Shown piece by piece: positions 9,009 through 17,385 of a stretch of 51,331 nt of DNA (position 1 is the first letter of the stretch; every line of letters begins with the position of its first letter). The notes beneath the pieces were generated by a model. The model did no database searches, was not told the origin of the DNA, and was given only the letters and a program-made list of their open reading frames with translations. Position numbers and translations under genes: made by a program. Location of the stretch: NCBI GenBank assembly GCA_964496825.1, contig CAZCBO010000001.1, positions 1 to 51,331 on the forward strand, given 5' to 3'. The stretch is from an uncultured Acidimicrobiaceae bacterium. Lineage in GTDB: Bacteria > Actinomycetota > Acidimicrobiia > Spongiisociales > UBA5794.

Positions 9009-10153
9009 TCCGGGCCGTCTTCGATCCGACCGGCGGCGTAGCGCATGATCACGCCGGCGGCGGCGAGCGCCAGGGCAGTCGTGACCCACGCCACGCCGAA
9101 CGAGATCCCTTCGGCCAGGACGCCGAACAGCGGCGGTCCGATGGCAGCGCCGACGAAGGTCCCGGTCATGGTGACGCCGGTGGCGGCAGCAGGGGCCAGC
9201 GGGTTGACGCGCACCACCGAGTAGGTGAGCAACCCCGACCATCCCCACCCGAACAGGTAGGCGACGAAGGTGCCGAGGACCACGAGGGACTCGACACCGG
9301 CCGCGATCACCGCCAGGCCGATGGCGCCGAGGAAGAGGAATAGCGACACCGTCGGCAGACCGCCGATGTCGCGACGGTCCATCTGATGGCCGGCGATGAG
9401 ACGGGTGGCGATGCCGGTCATGCTGCCGGTAGCGAGCAACAGCCCGGCGGCGGTCGCCGAGAAGCCGACGTCGACCGCGTAGGTGACGAGAAACGTGGCG
9501 AAGGCGTCGATGCCTCCGATCCCGAGCGCCGCACCTGCTGCGATCACGAGCAGCAGCGAGAGGTTCGTGGACGGTCGCCGCTCCTCCGCATTGGTCGGCA
9601 CCGGCCCATCCACCTCGTATCGAGATGGCCGGAAGGGAATCAGCGCAACGGCGCCCAGCGCGAGCATCGCCCCGACGACGTAGACCCATTTCCAGCCGAA
9701 GGGCAGGGCGATGGTGGGAATCGCCAACCCGCCGAGCAGCGTCGTCGCCGGGAGGGCGGCGTGTTTGAACCCGTACACCATGCCCCGGCGCCCGAGCACG
9801 GTGCACCGGGCCAGACCGAGGTTCACCGCGGGGTTCACCAGCGCACCGGCCAGTCCGCCGAACGCCGCCAGCATGCCGAGCGTCAACGCCGATGTCGCCA
9901 GCACCGTTGTCAGGGCGAGGGTGACGGCGGCACCCGCCGCCGCCAGGCGCATCCCCCTCGGCCAGCCCCAACGCTCCGTCAGCCGACCCATCGTGGCCGA
10001 GCCGAGCGCCGATACCGCAAAGAACAGCCCGACGACGAAGCCGAGCTCCGCCACCGAGATGTCGAGGTCGTCGGCCATCTGCACCGCCAGCGCCCCGGGG
10101 AGGAACCCGGTCAACATCACCACCGTGATGGTGAGCACCGACGTCACCGCCAT
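8969..10153 (-). CDS. MFS transporter (12-TM type), last gene of the 19.1-9.0 kb operon
   Basis: Start is CAT at 10151-10153. The sequence is uniformly hydrophobic with an MFS loop motif (GRLTERWGWPRGM). Its 3' end overlaps the convergent SGNH gene by 40 bp. Confidence 0.8.
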   Translation of the reverse strand: MAVTSVLTITVVMLTGFLPGALAVQMADDLDISVAELGFVVGLFFAVSALGSATMGRLTERWGWPRGMRLAAAGAAVTLALTTVLATSALTLGMLAAFGGLAGALVNPAVNLGLARCTVLGRRGMVYGFKHAALPATTLLGGLAIPTIALPFGWKWVYVVGAMLALGAVALIPFRPSRYEVDGPVPTNAEERRPSTNLSLLLVIAAGAALGIGGIDAFATFLVTYAVDVGFSATAAGLLLATGSMTGIATRLIAGHQMDRRDIGGLPTVSLFLFLGAIGLAVIAAGVESLVVLGTFVAYLFGWGWSGLLTYSVVRVNPLAPAAATGVTMTGTFVGAAIGPPLFGVLAEGISFGVAWVTTALALAAAGVIMRYAAGRIEDGPDQQSTGVESNPRA

Positions 10154-10221
10154 GCGCCACGGGAAGCCGCCCGCCGACCCCGGGGTATCGATCCCCGGAC
10201 CTGATCGGTCCGGGACGGCGC

Positions 10222-11265
10222 TCACGGCTGGAGGATGATCTTCAGCGCCCCGCCGCGCCGTTCGTTGAAGGTGTCGATCGCCTCGGCGAAGTCCTCGAGC
10301 GGGAAGTGGTGGGTGATGAGCTCGCCCACCCTGATCTGGCCCCCGACGACCAGCGGCGTCACGGTGACCATCTCTCCGGCCGAGGCGCGGGCGCCGACGA
10401 GCTCGAACTCGTAGAGGACGAGCTCCTGGAGCGACAGCTTGACGTCCTCGACGGGGATCCCGACCGAAGCGATCCGGCCGCCCTTGCGCACGATCTCGAG
10501 GCTCCACTGATACGTCTGCGGGACGCCGGCGCACTCGAGGACGACATCGGCGCCCCGGCCTCCGGTCGCCTCACGGATCGCGGTGACCGGATCGTCCTTC
10601 GTGTAGTCGACCACGTCGCTGCCCATGGCGGCGGCCTTGGCCAACCGCTCGCCGCGGCCGACCACGATCACCGTGCCGGCACCGCGGGCTCTTGCGGACT
10701 CCGCCACCAGCAGCCCGATCGGGCCGGGCCCGAGGACGACCACGGTGTCGCCGGGCTTGTTGCCCCCGCGGTTGGCGGTGTGGAGCGCGATCGACGCCGG
10801 GTCGAGCAGCGCCCCCTCGTCGAACGAGAGCTCGTCGGGCAGCGGGAAGACCGCCTTGGCGCCGTGCACCACGTACTCGGCGAAGGCCCCCTGCCAGTTG
10901 TGCCCGTACTGGCGGTGCAGTCCGAAGATCCCGTAGTTCTCGCAGACGTTGTAATGCCCCTCGACGCACTTCTGGCAATAGCCACAGGCGTTGTGAGACG
11001 TGCCGGCGACCCGGTCGCCGGCCTCCCAGCCGAGGAGCTCGGCCCCGGGGCCGACCTCGACGATCTCGCCCGCCCACTCGTGGCCCGGGATGAAGGGCCA
11101 GCCCGGCGGCCAGAACCCCGGGTAATCACCACGCAGCAGGTGGGCGTCGGTGCCACAGATCGTCACCGACTTCACGCGGCACTTCAACTCGTGCGGACCG
11201 GGTTCGGGCTCCTCGACGGTCTCGACCGAGTAGTGGTTGGGCTCGGTGACGACGACGGCCTGCAT
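10222..11265 (-). CDS. Zinc-dependent alcohol/polyol dehydrogenase (MDR family)
   Basis: Has ICGTDAH, GHEWAGEIVEVG, the structural-zinc cysteines CGYCQKCVEGHYNVC, and the Rossmann motif VLGPGPIG. Confidence 0.9.
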   Translation of the reverse strand: MQAVVVTEPNHYSVETVEEPEPGPHELKCRVKSVTICGTDAHLLRGDYPGFWPPGWPFIPGHEWAGEIVEVGPGAELLGWEAGDRVAGTSHNACGYCQKCVEGHYNVCENYGIFGLHRQYGHNWQGAFAEYVVHGAKAVFPLPDELSFDEGALLDPASIALHTANRGGNKPGDTVVVLGPGPIGLLVAESARARGAGTVIVVGRGERLAKAAAMGSDVVDYTKDDPVTAIREATGGRGADVVLECAGVPQTYQWSLEIVRKGGRIASVGIPVEDVKLSLQELVLYEFELVGARASAGEMVTVTPLVVGGQIRVGELITHHFPLEDFAEAIDTFNERRGGALKIILQP

Positions 11266-11278
11266 CAGTCCTCCGATC

Positions 11279-12166
11279 TCAGATCACTGCCAGCGGGTCC
11301 ACCATCGACCCGGTCGCCCCGCGGATCTTGAGGGGCAGGGCGACGAACAAGAACTCGTACACCTTCTCTGCGGCGATCTCCTCGAGATAGGCGCTCTCCA
11401 TGAGGTAGATCCCGTTCTCGATGAGCAGACGGGTGTGCACCGGCTGCGGGTTGGCCGGGCTACCCCGGTCGGGGGCCGGCTGCACCTCGTAGGTCTCGGT
11501 GTCGGTGCCGGTGGCGACCACGCCGCGCTCGAGCAGCCAGTCGGCGGCCGAAAGGTCGGGGCCGGCCGTCTTGTGCTGGTTCATCTGCTCCTCGTCGGGC
11601 CAGAAGGCGAGATACCCGGTTCGGATCAGCACCACGTCCCACTGCCGGACCTCGACCCCGGCCCAGTCGGCGATCGCCTGCATCTCGTCGGCGTCGATCG
11701 GCGAGGAAGCCGGCAGCGCCTCGACCCCGCGGAAACCGGCGGCGTCGAGCAGTACGCCCCTGGTGAAGAACGGCGGCAACTTCTCCGCATCGCCGAGGGT
11801 CGGACCCCAGTCGGTGAGGTGCTCGGCGGTGTTGCCCCCGCCGTACCAGTGGTTGTCCTCGCCCACCGTCATGTGGGCGAGGGCGTCGAAATGGGTGCCG
11901 GAGTGCGAGGTCGCGCTGACGACCTCGGCCATGTAGCCGAGCCCGGCGTCGTTGGGCGGGCCCCAGGGTTGGGCGCCCTCGGCGCGGATCCCCGGTGGCG
12001 TCCGGTACGACGTCACCTGGAAGGGCGGATGGCCGGGGAACAGCGGCATGCCGGGGAAGCGGGACGCCGCCAGCGAGAAGAACCGCCCTTCCTTCACGAG
12101 CTGGGCGGCTTCGACGATCTTGGTGGTTGGAATGTCCCCTGCGGGACCGACTTCTACGTACGTCAT
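11279..12166 (-). CDS. Cyclase-family protein (kynurenine formamidase / isatin hydrolase-like metal hydrolase)
   Basis: HSGTHFDALAH is the HxGTHxDxPxH-type motif of putative cyclases. ATG at 12166 overlaps the upstream stop (ATGA). Confidence 0.75.
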   Translation of the reverse strand: MTYVEVGPAGDIPTTKIVEAAQLVKEGRFFSLAASRFPGMPLFPGHPPFQVTSYRTPPGIRAEGAQPWGPPNDAGLGYMAEVVSATSHSGTHFDALAHMTVGEDNHWYGGGNTAEHLTDWGPTLGDAEKLPPFFTRGVLLDAAGFRGVEALPASSPIDADEMQAIADWAGVEVRQWDVVLIRTGYLAFWPDEEQMNQHKTAGPDLSAADWLLERGVVATGTDTETYEVQPAPDRGSPANPQPVHTRLLIENGIYLMESAYLEEIAAEKVYEFLFVALPLKIRGATGSMVDPLAVI

Positions 12167-14403
12167 TGCTCCTCCACGAGTGCCCGCCACACCCGCTCGG
12201 GGGTGAGCGGAAGATCTCTGATCACCACGCCGGTCGCCTCCCTGACTGCGGCGCCCACGGCGGGAGCGGTAGAGAGCAGAGCACCCTCGCTGATGCCCTT
12301 CACGCCGTAGGGGCCGGGGCCGTCGGCGTTCTCGACGCTGTCGCTCTTCATCTCCAGGGGCAGATCCATGCTGGTGGGGATCCGGTAATCGATGGCGCCG
12401 AGGTTCCTGATCCGTCCCGATTCGTCGAGGATGATGTGCTCCATCAGCGAGTGGCCGAGACCCATGACGGCGGCGCCCTCGTCCTGCCCCCGTACCTGGT
12501 TCGGGTTCAGCGATCGTCCCACGTCACCAACCGTGACGTGCTTGATCAGCGTCGTGTACCCGGTCTCGCGGTCGACCTCGGCCTCGATGGCGGTGGTGTT
12601 GAATTCGAAGAACGCGGCGTCACCGCCGAGCGGATGGTTCGGATCGCCCTCCTTGCGCGCCTCGCCGTGGCCGAAGAGCTCACCGCCGAGGCGGCCGAAG
12701 CCGGCCTTGAGCACGTCGAGCAGTGGGATCTCCTCGTCCTGCAGGTGTACCACGCCGCGCTCCACCGAGATCTCGCCCTCGTCGACGTCGCGGACTCGCG
12801 CCGCGATGGCCCGCACCTGGCGCTGGATGTCCTGGCAGGCACGCAACACCGCGTTGCCCATGAGTACCGAGGATCGGCTCGCCGACGTCTGCTGGTCGTA
12901 GGGCACCACCGCGGTGTCGCCCATCACCACCGAGATCTTCTCCAGCGGCACGCCGAGCTCCTCGTTGGCGATCTGGGCGAAGATCGTGCGGGCACCCTGG
13001 CCCATGTCGGAGGTGCCCGAGTAGACGAGGGCGCTGCCGTCGACGAGCAGCCTGACCGTCGCATAGGAGAGGCCGGTGGTCGGACCCGACTTGAGGCCAA
13101 GAGCAATCCCGCGACCGTGCCCTTCTGGGAGCGGCGTGTCCCAGCCGATCTCCTTGGCGGCCAGTTGCACCGTCTGGGCCCAATCGCCGTCGGCGCGCTC
13201 GCCGGGCATGAACGCCTCGTTGAACTCGGCGAGGTTGTGCAGCCGGATCTGGAGCCGGTCGATGCCGAGGGCCAATGCCCCCTCGTCGATGTTGGACTCA
13301 CGCGCCCAGGTGATCTGGGGGATCCCGAAGCCGCGCATCGCCGTCGATGGGGTCGTGTGGGAGAGGAGATTCCTCGCCAGGATGCGGACCGCCGGGGTGC
13401 TGTACGGCCCGGCCGACAGGTAGCTCGACTTGCTCACGACCCGGTCGGCGATGTCGACATACGCCCCGCACAGGAAGTTGTTCTCGAAGTCCTGGAAGGT
13501 GATCGTGCCGTCCTCGAGGAACCCGGTCCGCACCGTGACCTCCACCGCGGCCCGGCGCACCGCCTGGAACGTCTCGTCGAGGGTCAGGATGAGCCGGCAG
13601 GGACGCCCGGTCATCAACGCCAGGAACGCCACGAGCGGCTCGTACTTGGCGTGTTGCTTCCCGCCGAACCCGCCACCGGGGTCGGGGGCGATGATCCGCA
13701 CCTTGGACAACGGCAGGTCCAGGATCCCCGCCATGATTCGTTGCAGGAAGTAGGGATGCTGGATCGAGCTCCAGATGGCGATGCCGTCGCCGTCCGGTGC
13801 CGCCATGAAGCCGTGGGGCTCGATGGCGAAGTGCGTCACCATCGGGAACTCGTAGGTGTTCTCGATCACGAGGTCGGCCGACTGGGCATCGACGTCGCCC
13901 CACCCGAAGCGGTGCTCTCGCCGGATGTTCGTCTCGGCGAGGGGGTCGTCGGGGCGGAGGGACGGGTCCTGCACCAGCGGTGATGCCGGGTCGAGGGCCT
14001 CCGCCACGGTGAAGACCCCTCCCTCGAGTGTTTCGTATTCGACCTTCACCAGCCGCGAGGCCGCCTCGGCGGCGTCCTTCGTCTCGGCGGCCACTGCCGC
14101 CACCGGCTCGCCGTGATACTTGACCTCGCCGTCGGCGAGCACCGGGCGGTCCTTGAAGATGGGACCGAACCGGGGCACCGGCTGGGGCAACCGGTCGGGG
14201 GTCAGCACGAGGTGGACCCCGGGGACGGCCTCGGCCGCGGAGGTATCGATGGACACGATCCTGGCCCTGGCGACGTCGAGCGTGACGAGCCTGACCTCGA
14301 GCGCGTCGGGGAGGTGGATGTCGGCCACGTACTTCAGGCCACCGGTGACGCGCCCCACCCCGCCGATCCGGTGCGGAGAGGCGCCAACGCCGTCGACGGT
14401 CAT
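12163..14403 (-). CDS. Molybdopterin-binding hydroxylase large subunit (xanthine dehydrogenase / aldehyde oxidase family)
   Basis: ATG at 14403 overlaps the small-subunit stop. Has GGGFGGK, MRGFG and GQGARTIFAQIA motifs. I saw no CO-dehydrogenase AYxCSFR-type loop. Confidence 0.9.
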   Translation of the reverse strand: MTVDGVGASPHRIGGVGRVTGGLKYVADIHLPDALEVRLVTLDVARARIVSIDTSAAEAVPGVHLVLTPDRLPQPVPRFGPIFKDRPVLADGEVKYHGEPVAAVAAETKDAAEAASRLVKVEYETLEGGVFTVAEALDPASPLVQDPSLRPDDPLAETNIRREHRFGWGDVDAQSADLVIENTYEFPMVTHFAIEPHGFMAAPDGDGIAIWSSIQHPYFLQRIMAGILDLPLSKVRIIAPDPGGGFGGKQHAKYEPLVAFLALMTGRPCRLILTLDETFQAVRRAAVEVTVRTGFLEDGTITFQDFENNFLCGAYVDIADRVVSKSSYLSAGPYSTPAVRILARNLLSHTTPSTAMRGFGIPQITWARESNIDEGALALGIDRLQIRLHNLAEFNEAFMPGERADGDWAQTVQLAAKEIGWDTPLPEGHGRGIALGLKSGPTTGLSYATVRLLVDGSALVYSGTSDMGQGARTIFAQIANEELGVPLEKISVVMGDTAVVPYDQQTSASRSSVLMGNAVLRACQDIQRQVRAIAARVRDVDEGEISVERGVVHLQDEEIPLLDVLKAGFGRLGGELFGHGEARKEGDPNHPLGGDAAFFEFNTTAIEAEVDRETGYTTLIKHVTVGDVGRSLNPNQVRGQDEGAAVMGLGHSLMEHIILDESGRIRNLGAIDYRIPTSMDLPLEMKSDSVENADGPGPYGVKGISEGALLSTAPAVGAAVREATGVVIRDLPLTPERVWRALVEEQ

Positions 14404-14879
14404 GATGCCAACTCCTCGGCAGCGGCCAGGACCGCCTCCGTGATCTGCTCGTACCCGGCGCATCGGCAGAGGTTCCCTGCCAGGCCTTCGTGCACGTCCT
14501 CGACGGTGGGGTGGGGGTTTCGTTGGAGGAGCGCCGTCGCCGAGATCAGCTGGCCGGGAATACAGAAGCCACACTGGGCGGCGCCCTCGTCGAGGAATGC
14601 CTCCTGGAGCGCGCTCAGCTCACCGTGGAGGGCCAATCCTTCGACCGTGGTCACCTCTGCGCCATCGACCTCGACGGCCAGCATGAGGCACGAGTTCATC
14701 GACCGACCGTCGACGAGCACGGTGCAGGTCCCGCACTCCCCGACGAGGCAGCATTCCTTGGTGCCGGTGAGGTCGAGGTCGTCGCGCAGCACCTCGAGCA
14801 GGCTGTGGTGCACCGCCACGTCGAAGGAGCGCAGGGTGCCGTTGATCCTGACCTCGATGGGCATGGTCTCGATGTTCAT
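14400..14879 (-). CDS. (2Fe-2S)-binding small subunit of molybdenum hydroxylase
   Basis: Has the CLVGECGTCTV and CGFCIPG...CRCAGY cysteine clusters. There are ATGA overlaps on both sides. Confidence 0.92.
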   Translation of the reverse strand: MNIETMPIEVRINGTLRSFDVAVHHSLLEVLRDDLDLTGTKECCLVGECGTCTVLVDGRSMNSCLMLAVEVDGAEVTTVEGLALHGELSALQEAFLDEGAAQCGFCIPGQLISATALLQRNPHPTVEDVHEGLAGNLCRCAGYEQITEAVLAAAEELAS

Positions 14880-15730
14880 GACAGTCGCTCGATCGCCGTG
14901 CGCAGCGCTCGCGCTCCGAGAACCCGGAGCATGGCCAGACGATATGGGGGGCTGGCCCGCAACGAGGTCGGTGAAGGACTCGCCTGTTCGAACATGCGGT
15001 CGAGCACCTCGGCCTTGGCATCGTCGGGTGCCCCTGGGTCGGCGAGGATGCCGGTGTCGTCGACGACCAGGAAGGCCCTTGGCCCAACGCTGCCGAAGGC
15101 GATCCGCGTGGTCCCCGCGGTGTCGACACCGACACACATCGTGACCGATGCCAGGTCGGTGCCGCGGCGCCGCACCAGGCGGGTGTAGGCGGCGCCCATC
15201 GGCGGATCGGGCGTCGGGATCTCGATCGCCGTGACCAGCTCGCCCCGCTCGAGTGCCGTCGTGCCCGGTCCGACGACGAAGTCGTCGATCGGCACCCGCC
15301 GGGCGCCCTCGGGTCCGGCGACGACGACCACGGCGTCGTAGACGAGCAGCGCCGGAGTGGTATCGGCGGCGGGCGAGCCGTTGCAGATGTTGCCGGTGAG
15401 CGTGGCCCGGTCCCTGATCTGCACCGAGCCGACCACCTCGGCCGCCTCGACGAGGGCGGGGAACACCTCGCCGACACGCAGATCCTCTTCGATGTCGGTC
15501 ATCACGACCCCGGCGGTGAACGTGAACACGCCGTCCTTCTCCGTGATCGCCGGCTCGAGCTCGGGGATGCGCTTGATGTCGATCACGAGCCGGGGCTCGA
15601 AGTCGCCGTCGCGCAGGTTGATCAGCAGGTCGGTGCCCCCGGCGAGCAGCTTGGCGTCGGGCCCGTACTCGTCGAGGAGCGCCACCGCCTCGTCGACGGA
15701 GGACGGTCGAGCGTAGGAGAAGGGCAGCAT
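14876..15730 (-). CDS. FAD-binding medium subunit of molybdenum hydroxylase
   Basis: Has MLPFSYARPSSVDEAVALL, LLAGGTDL and TLTGNICNGSPAAD, which are CoxM/XdhB-type FAD-binding motifs. Confidence 0.9.
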   Translation of the reverse strand: MLPFSYARPSSVDEAVALLDEYGPDAKLLAGGTDLLINLRDGDFEPRLVIDIKRIPELEPAITEKDGVFTFTAGVVMTDIEEDLRVGEVFPALVEAAEVVGSVQIRDRATLTGNICNGSPAADTTPALLVYDAVVVVAGPEGARRVPIDDFVVGPGTTALERGELVTAIEIPTPDPPMGAAYTRLVRRRGTDLASVTMCVGVDTAGTTRIAFGSVGPRAFLVVDDTGILADPGAPDDAKAEVLDRMFEQASPSPTSLRASPPYRLAMLRVLGARALRTAIERLS

Positions 15731-15731
15731 C

Positions 15732-16619
15732 TCAGAGCACCTTCTCGACCTCGTCGATGAGCGCCTGGGGCCCGGCGGCACGGATGAAGTAGTAGGGCCG
15801 CTGGGCGAAGTCGTCGACGAAGGCTGCCCGCTTCGCCCGAAGCTCGCTGTTGTCGATGAGCGGCATCGGCAGCCCCGGTGCCAGCAGCTCGTTGAGCAGG
15901 AAGTAGTTCTGCAGCGAGTGGAAGGTCTGGAACTGCCGCTCGAAGGGGATCATCTCGTTGGCGCTGGTGTCGAAGTTGCCGTCGATGGCGGGAACCACGA
16001 CGAGATCGACGTCGCTCACCTCGTCGTACTCCTTGATGGCCGGCAACGCCGCGTCACCCCAGAAGATCTCCACCCCGCGCTCCGGGCTCGCCTTGTCGGC
16101 CCGCTCGGTGCCCTTGGCCCGCTTCTTCAGGAAGACGGACTTGGACCCCATCACCGCCCAGCCCCGCTCGTCGGTCACGGTGGTCTCGGTCGACACCAGC
16201 AAGCCGCCGCGACGGCAGGCCTCGATCTGGGCCATGCTCTTGCCATGGTTCGACTCGCCGCCGAGGAACATCACGGTCTTGTCGTCCATCCGAACCGCCG
16301 AGGAATGGAAGGGATGCAGGCCGGTCTCCTCCATCCGGAGCGCCAGCATGGCCACGACGATCTTCTGCAGCTCCCCGGGAAACCAATCACCCTCGAGGAT
16401 CATCACGCCGTCCTCGTAGCGGATGGTCTTCTCGGGGGCGTCGCGGTCCCACGCGATATCCGCCGTTTCGAGGGTGGTCTCCGGGCTGATGTCGACCGAC
16501 GCCAGGCGATAGTCGAGGAACGTCGTGTCGACCAGGGCCTCGTCGATCGGCTCGCTGCTGTCGACATCGACGCGGATTCGGCCGGTGCCTGCGGACATCT
16601 CTTGGGTCAACTGCGGCAT
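15732..16619 (-). CDS. Hypothetical P-loop protein with HPr kinase/phosphorylase-like domain signature
   Basis: LHPFHSSAVRMDDKTVMFLGGESNHGKSMAQIEACRRGGLLVSTETTV resembles the HprK C-terminal pattern lHasaV..g.gvll.G.SG.GKS...l...G..lvsDd. The stop lies 1 nt before the FAD-subunit start. AAAGGAAG precedes the ATG at 16619. Confidence 0.5.
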   Translation of the reverse strand: MPQLTQEMSAGTGRIRVDVDSSEPIDEALVDTTFLDYRLASVDISPETTLETADIAWDRDAPEKTIRYEDGVMILEGDWFPGELQKIVVAMLALRMEETGLHPFHSSAVRMDDKTVMFLGGESNHGKSMAQIEACRRGGLLVSTETTVTDERGWAVMGSKSVFLKKRAKGTERADKASPERGVEIFWGDAALPAIKEYDEVSDVDLVVVPAIDGNFDTSANEMIPFERQFQTFHSLQNYFLLNELLAPGLPMPLIDNSELRAKRAAFVDDFAQRPYYFIRAAGPQALIDEVEKVL

Positions 16620-16698
16620 GCATCTTCCTTTCGGGGCCTGGCCGCTGTGCCCGGCGCGTCGGCGCCCGGGCCGCACCCTGGCCCGACATTTTCGCGTG

Positions 16699-17385
16699 TC
16701 AAGCGGTGGCTACGTCCTCTTCCTCTGCTCGTTCCCTGATCTCTGCGGCCTGCTCGAGGTGGTGGCGCATCACCAGCGCCGCGGCCTCGGGATCGCGGGC
16801 CTTGAGCGCCTCGAGGATCCCCTCGTGGCGCTTGGCCAGCCACATCAGGTCGACACCCGGGGCCGCCGCGGTCAGATAGGTCTGGCTGAAGGGCTCGAGC
16901 AACTGCCAGGTCCGCTCCAGCATCGCATTTCCCGATGCCGCGATGACCCTGGCGTGGAACTCGGCGTCCTTGTAGGCCAGCGGCATCGCATCGCCGTCGG
17001 CGGCCAGGTCGAGCATCTCGTCGTACAGCTTCTCCAGCTCGGCGATACCGTCCTCGCTGATGTTGGTCGCCGCCTGCTCGGCGGCGTACGCCTCGAGGAC
17101 ACCGCGCACCTCGACCGCCTCGATCAGCTCCCTGCGGTCGGGTTTGCGTACCCAGGCGCCGCGATGCGGGCGCATCTCGACCAGCCCGAGGCTGGTCAGC
17201 GCCCGCAGCGCCTCACGAACCGGCGCCTGGGAGATCCCCAGCTCCCTGGCGACCCGGGTCTCGACGATACGAGACCCGGGTTCCAAGTCTCCCTCCACGA
17301 TGCGCTCCAACAGGCGATCCTTCACCTGGTCGCTGAGCACGCTCCGCTCGACGAGCGGATCGGACGGTCGGGAGTCGGTGGTCAT
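16699..17385 (-). CDS. GntR-family transcriptional regulator, FadR (FCD) subfamily
   Basis: Has a winged HTH (ETRVARELGISQAPVREALRALTSLGLVEM) followed by an all-helical FCD-like C-terminal domain. The start overlaps the upstream stop by 1 nt. Confidence 0.9.
   Translation of the reverse strand: MTTDSRPSDPLVERSVLSDQVKDRLLERIVEGDLEPGSRIVETRVARELGISQAPVREALRALTSLGLVEMRPHRGAWVRKPDRRELIEAVEVRGVLEAYAAEQAATNISEDGIAELEKLYDEMLDLAADGDAMPLAYKDAEFHARVIAASGNAMLERTWQLLEPFSQTYLTAAAPGVDLMWLAKRHEGILEALKARDPEAAALVMRHHLEQAAEIRERAEEEDVATA

Noticed and set aside
8097-10160. The upstream part of the 870-aa minus-strand ORF (7548..10160)
   Set aside because: The translation is Arg/Gly/Pro/Asp-rich nonsense that overlaps the SGNH lipoprotein gene and runs in an alternative minus-strand frame over the MFS gene. 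Only the last 182 codons form the ECF sigma factor.
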